20,118 nt of DNA from Halalkalibacterium halodurans (GTDB taxonomy: Bacteria; Bacillota; Bacilli; Bacillales; Bacillaceae_D). Below, piece after piece: positions 16,988 to 20,118 of this stretch; the stretch's first letter is position 1, and each line of letters opens with the position of its first letter. The notes beneath the pieces are model-generated. The model did no database searches and was not told where the DNA came from. It worked only from the letters and a program-made list of their open reading frames with translations. The position numbers were made by a program, and so were the translations under genes. The stretch spans positions 1-20,118 of the forward strand of contig NZ_SNUY01000070.1 in NCBI RefSeq assembly GCF_004376175.1, written 5' to 3'.

Positions 16988-17442
16988 TTTTTAACACCTG
17001 CTAACTGCTCAAACGTTGGTAATGGTCGTTCCCCTACCCGTCCCGTCTGATCATAAATAGCACAGCGCCATATTTCAGCGGTTGACTCACAATAAAAATC
17101 AACAACGTGGTACAGTACAATGATTTGTCCTTGGCGATTAACCTGACGACGAATCCGCTCGTCCGTTATCAATTCAAAACTAATGATATCACCTGACGGC
17201 TGGTACAAAAGGAGACGACGAGATGGTGAATCAAATTCGATCCGAACGGACTGACGTGCTTCTGCCGCTAGTTGGTTAAAAAAAACGATTGTCTCGTTCG
17301 TTGAGATGGTGGAGGATGAAGGAAGGGAAAGGAGGGGTAAAAACAGAGGAATGACTGTTAATAGTATCATGATCAAGGCTAACGTGAGTAACACTTCGAT
17401 CAACGTGAATCCCTTACAATTTTGCAAGCCGACACGTCTCAT
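16984..17442 (-). CDS. comGF: Competence minor pseudopilin ComGF, 152 aa
   Basis: Prepilin-type N-terminus KGFTLIEVLLTLALI. Assigned by position in the operon. Confidence 0.8.
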   Translation of the reverse strand: MRRVGLQNCKGFTLIEVLLTLALIMILLTVIPLFLPLLSLPSSSTISTNETIVFFNQLAAEARQSVRIEFDSPSRRLLLYQPSGDIISFELITDERIRRQVNRQGQIIVLYHVVDFYCESTAEIWRCAIYDQTGRVGERPLPTFEQLAGVKK

Positions 17443-17740
17443 ACGCTTGCCCTTTCCGATTTACCCAATGGATGCATAATTGAACAGCCCCAAGCTCACT
17501 TTCCTTGAGATTAAACTGGTACACTGTTTCTCCAACGATCGTTTCTGTACGCAGTTCATGGATAGATAAATATTCATGGTAGGCATCCTCCAACAAAAAT
17601 TGAGCAACCTTTACCCGTTTCACATCTGCTGACTCGTTCATAAACCAAACAAAAGCAGGGAATAAAGCAGCCGTCATAATCGATAAACAAACAAGGGCAA
17701 CCAACACTTCTATAAGTGTATACCCTTTACAATCGTTCAT
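17414..17740 (-). CDS. comGE: Competence minor pseudopilin ComGE, 108 aa
   Basis: Prepilin-type N-terminus KGYTLIEVLVAL. Assigned by position in the operon. Confidence 0.8.
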   Translation of the reverse strand: MNDCKGYTLIEVLVALVCLSIMTAALFPAFVWFMNESADVKRVKVAQFLLEDAYHEYLSIHELRTETIVGETVYQFNLKESELGAVQLCIHWVNRKGQAYETCRLAKL

Positions 17741-18188
17741 ATTTCACCTTTCCTTTACCAATCATAATCGTGTATCGATATTGACGATCCCCTGCGTATA
17801 AAGAGATAGAACCTGCAAAACGGGGATGGCCATTTGGAAGAAATTCAATCGGGCGATTTCCCCCTAATGTTCCTTCTTCAAAATACATCCCTTCCATTGG
17901 AAATGCTCGACTTAGATAGGAACGACTCGAGTCACTAACCAATGTGTATCGTTCATTGTGATGATCGATCTCAACCTTGATTCTCATTCCTTCGGTCATT
18001 GCTAGGTGCTGTGCGAACAAAAGATCTTCGTTAAATAGACGGGCAGCATGCTCAGATTGCTGATGCTTTGATTGGCTAGGTAGGAAAGCAAGCGGAAGGC
18101 TGATGAGAATGGAAAAGATGAAGAGCACGATGAGGGTTTCCATGAGGGTAAAACCGTTAGATCTACTCACTAATAGCCACGACTCCAT
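17727..18188 (-). CDS. comGD: Competence minor pseudopilin ComGD, 153 aa
   Basis: Prepilin-type N-terminus NGFTLMETLIVLFIF. An alternative GTG start at 18170 would give a shorter, more typical leader. Confidence 0.8.
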   Translation of the reverse strand: MESWLLVSRSNGFTLMETLIVLFIFSILISLPLAFLPSQSKHQQSEHAARLFNEDLLFAQHLAMTEGMRIKVEIDHHNERYTLVSDSSRSYLSRAFPMEGMYFEEGTLGGNRPIEFLPNGHPRFAGSISLYAGDRQYRYTIMIGKGKVKYERL

Positions 18189-18471
18189 TTCGAAGTGTTA
18201 GCTTTTTCCCATTGGGGCATTCAGTATGCTCTACATATCCTTCTCGTTTTAATGCATCCAAATTGGTAGGAAGTCGATCATGGTCAATTTCATAAGCGTG
18301 AACTTGTGTTTGTAATAACTTAACGGTGGCTTCACAACCTTTATCCCCAGCCACCTCATTGTTTTTCGTCATACTTGGAAGAGCTACAAGCAGCAAAATA
18401 GATATGATCATTAAGACGATCATCATTTCGACAAGCGTAAAACCAGCTTGGCGTTGGAACGGTTTTTTCAT
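18163..18471 (-). CDS. comGC: Competence major pseudopilin ComGC, 102 aa
   Basis: AGFTLVEMMIVLMIISILLL prepilin motif plus the conserved Cys pair (KGCEA ... ECPNGK), collinear with B. subtilis ComGC. RBS AAAGGAG. Confidence 0.9.
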   Translation of the reverse strand: MKKPFQRQAGFTLVEMMIVLMIISILLLVALPSMTKNNEVAGDKGCEATVKLLQTQVHAYEIDHDRLPTNLDALKREGYVEHTECPNGKKLTLRNGVVAISE

Positions 18472-18677
18472 GTTTCAGCTCCTTTCGTTCATTTAATTAA
18501 GACAAAGGGAATAAAGTTGACAAGCTCGAGAGGGAAAGAGAAGATAAAAGAAGGAGTCAATAAAGAAGAATACCCTCCTTTCCATGTAGGGTCATCTTCT
18601 ATTTCGACAATATGATACAGCTTTCCTTTTTTATTTTCGATTATTTTTACATGGATTCGCAAAAAAGGATGATAAAC

Positions 18678-18905
18678 ATGAAACGTTTTTTTATTGGCTG
18701 CATTCGATTGTATCAAAAATTCATCTCACCTCTAACGCCACCAACATGCCGTTTTTATCCTACATGTTCCCACTATGGAATTGAAGCGATTCAACGGTTT
18801 GGCGTATTGAAAGGTGGATGGCTAACAATTAAACGCATTTCTAAATGTCACCCTTTTCATCGGGGCGGAATTGATCCAGTACCTGAAAAAAAACAAGAAA
18901 AATAG
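18678..18905 (+). CDS. yidD: Membrane protein insertion efficiency factor YidD (YtjA-like), 75 aa
   Basis: Signature [15 protein letters not shown]...[12 protein letters not shown]. Start set at the ATG at 18678 (MKRFFIG) rather than the tracked 18612. Confidence 0.9.
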   Translation: MKRFFIGCIRLYQKFISPLTPPTCRFYPTCSHYGIEAIQRFGVLKGGWLTIKRISKCHPFHRGGIDPVPEKKQEK

Positions 18906-18933
18906 CGTCCTTGTTATTAACAAACTTGGACGC
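18905..18933. terminator. Bidirectional hairpin between yidD and the end of the tRNA cluster
   Basis: GCGTCC...GGACGC outer stem with an internal GTT/AAC helix. T-rich tracts follow on both strands. Confidence 0.55.
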
Positions 18934-18946
18934 CTTCTATTTTCAA

Positions 18947-19017
18947 AGCGGGTGATGGGAATCGAACCCACGACATCAGCTTGGAAGGCTGAGGTTTTAC
19001 CACTAAACTACACCCGC
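18947..19017 (-). tRNA. tRNA-Gly (anticodon UCC), no encoded CCA
   Basis: The cloverleaf folds by hand: acceptor GCGGGTG/CACCCGC, anticodon loop CTTCCAA, T-loop TTCGATT, discriminator U followed by TTG. Confidence 0.93.
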
Positions 19018-19052
19018 ATGTTATGTTGTTTTCTGATGATTGGTTTTTCATG
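18987..19052. repeat. 66-bp direct repeat, copy 1 (tRNA-Gly(UCC) positions 1-31 plus 35 nt of upstream spacer)
   Basis: 65/66 identical to 19133..19198. The single difference is G19020 vs A19166. Confidence 0.95.
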
Positions 19053-19132
19053 CCTCTTCCTCTTCTCGCCAAGCTTGCGTCGCTTGATGCGTCGAGGCAA
19101 CTCGCTGCTTTCTCGGCAGATGTTTTGCTCGT

Positions 19133-19163
19133 GGCTGAGGTTTTACCACTAAACTACACCCGC
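19133..19163 (-). pseudogene. Truncated tRNA-Gly(UCC) 5' half (positions 1-31 only)
   Basis: Identical to the 5' half of the intact gene. Breaks off at the first nucleotide of the anticodon loop and continues into unrelated sequence. Confidence 0.9.
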
Positions 19164-19198
19164 ATATTATGTTGTTTTCTGATGATTGGTTTTTCATG
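19133..19198. repeat. 66-bp direct repeat, copy 2
   Basis: See copy 1. The offset between copies is 146 bp. Confidence 0.95.
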
Positions 19199-19202
19199 TC
19201 AA

Positions 19203-19279
19203 TGGCGCGCCCGAGAGGAGTCGAACCCCTAACCTTTTGATCCGTAGTCAAACGCTCTATCCAATTGAGCTACGGGCGC
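19203..19279 (-). tRNA. tRNA-Arg (anticodon ACG), CCA encoded
   Basis: Acceptor GCGCCCG/CGGGCGC, anticodon loop CTACGGA, T-loop TTCGACT. Confidence 0.95.
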
Positions 19280-19280
19280 C

Positions 19281-19355
19281 TGGAGCGGAAGACGGGATTC
19301 GAACCCGCGACCCCCACCTTGGCAAGGTGGTGTTCTACCACTGAACTACTTCCGC
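19281..19355 (-). tRNA. tRNA-Gly (anticodon GCC), CCA encoded
   Basis: Acceptor GCGGAAG/CTTCCGC, anticodon loop TTGCCAA. Confidence 0.95.
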
Positions 19356-19359
19356 CTAT

Positions 19360-19434
19360 TGGCTGGGCTAGCTGGATTCGAACCAGCGCATCACGGAGTC
19401 AAAGTCCGTTGCCTTACCGCTTGGCTATAGCCCA
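19360..19434 (-). tRNA. tRNA-Gln (anticodon UUG), CCA encoded
   Basis: Acceptor TGGGCTA/TAGCCCA, anticodon loop CTTTGAC. Nearly identical to the remembered B. subtilis tRNA-Gln. Confidence 0.95.
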
Positions 19435-19449
19435 ATATCAAAAGCAAAA

Positions 19450-19526
19450 TGGGGCGACTGATGGGAATCGAACCCACGAGTGCCGGAGCCACAATCCGGT
19501 GCGTTAACCACTTCGCCACAGTCGCC
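19450..19526 (-). tRNA. tRNA-His (anticodon GUG) with encoded G-1, CCA encoded
   Basis: Extra 5' G opposite C73. Anticodon loop TTGTGGC. Confidence 0.95.
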
Positions 19527-19537
19527 AAGACTATAAA

Positions 19538-19622
19538 TGGTGGAGGGGGACGGATTCGAACCGCCGAACCCTGAGGGAGCGGATTTACAGTCCGCCGCGT
19601 TTAGCCACTTCGCTACCCCTCC
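19538..19622 (-). tRNA. tRNA-Tyr (anticodon GUA), long variable arm, CCA encoded
   Basis: Acceptor GGAGGGG/CCCCTCC, anticodon loop CTGTAAA. Confidence 0.95.
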
Positions 19623-19627
19623 ATCTT

Positions 19628-19704
<77 letters not shown>

Positions 19705-19736
19705 TCGTTATAAAGTAAATGGATGTTGTTGTAAAG

Positions 19737-19829
19737 TGGCGGAGGAGGAGGGATTCGAACCCCCGCGCGGTTTAACCCGCCTGTCGGTTTTCAAGACCGA
19801 TCCCTTCAGCCAGACTTGGGTACTCCTCC
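19737..19829 (-). tRNA. tRNA-Ser (anticodon UGA), long variable arm, CCA encoded
   Basis: Acceptor GGAGGAG/CTCCTCC, anticodon loop CTTGAAA, 93 nt. Confidence 0.95.
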
Positions 19830-19846
19830 AACATCATGCAATTAAA

Positions 19847-19922
19847 TGGTGGAGCCTAGCGGGATCGAACCGCTGACCTCCTGCGTGCAAAGCAGGCGCT
19901 CTCCCAGCTGAGCTAAGGCCCC
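19847..19922 (-). tRNA. tRNA-Ala (anticodon UGC), CCA encoded
   Basis: G3-U70 identity pair. Anticodon loop TTTGCAC. Confidence 0.95.
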
Positions 19923-19951
19923 ATCATATGTATCTCGTAGCGACGGTTTAT

Positions 19952-19981
19952 AATATACCATACATTCACTAGAAAAATCAA
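19952..19981 (-). promoter_or_regulatory. Candidate promoter of the tRNA cluster (-35 TTGATT, 18-nt spacer, extended -10 TGgTATATT)
   Basis: Hexamers read on the minus strand, about 30 nt upstream of the tRNA-Ala 5' end. No rRNA gene lies upstream within the window. Confidence 0.35.
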
Positions 19982-20118
19982 TAGTTATTCCAAAAAAGAT
20001 TGTGTCAACCTTTTGTGGGAGGAGTATTTTCCATCCTCATATGTGTAAGCGAATTCAGGATTTTAGGGTTCTCCTCGTTGAGAATCTTATGGTTTTTAAA
20101 AGCCTTTCAAGTCTTTCA

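Noticed and set aside
18472-18677. ComK boxes or a clear sigma-A promoter upstream of comGC
   Set aside because: I looked for A4-N5-T4 pairs and good -35/-10 hexamers on the minus strand. Only weak candidates exist (TTGTCA-17-TTAATT), so no promoter feature is reported.
18489-18716. 75-aa minus-strand ORF between comGC and yidD
   Set aside because: It overlaps the yidD start, and I found no obvious Shine-Dalgarno sequence upstream. The sequence is low-complexity and nothing else supports it as a gene.

Overview
This is a chromosomal segment from a Bacillaceae-type Firmicute. Gene content and order resemble the B. subtilis yqg/yqh region. The core, from left to right, is: class II (B12-dependent) ribonucleotide reductase nrdJ (-) with tandem NrdR boxes; dat (+); lipM (-); a yqhL-like rhodanese (+); the glycine-cleavage operon gcvT-gcvPA-gcvPB (-) behind a tandem glycine riboswitch; the overlapping SNF2-helicase/YqhG pair (+); small yqgW/yqgX/yqgY-like genes; yqzE and comGG-comGF-comGE-comGD-comGC (-); yidD (+); and a nine-gene tRNA cluster (-). 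The accessory signals sit at the two ends. The left 2.4 kb is an AT-rich mosaic. It holds an intact IS256-family element with a perfect 8-bp target duplication that splits a small ORF, a lipoprotein gene, and an orphan 5' fragment of a Tn7-like tnsA immediately downstream of nrdJ. On the right, the comG operon starts at comGC, with no comGA or comGB upstream. The neighbouring tRNA cluster carries a 66-bp direct duplication (5' half of tRNA-Gly(UCC) plus its upstream spacer) flanking 80 bp of unrelated DNA. I saw no CRISPR array, rRNA gene or recognisable defence system. The least understood conserved module is the translationally coupled yqhH/yqhG pair. All calls come from reading the sequence and remembered family motifs. 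No searches were run.
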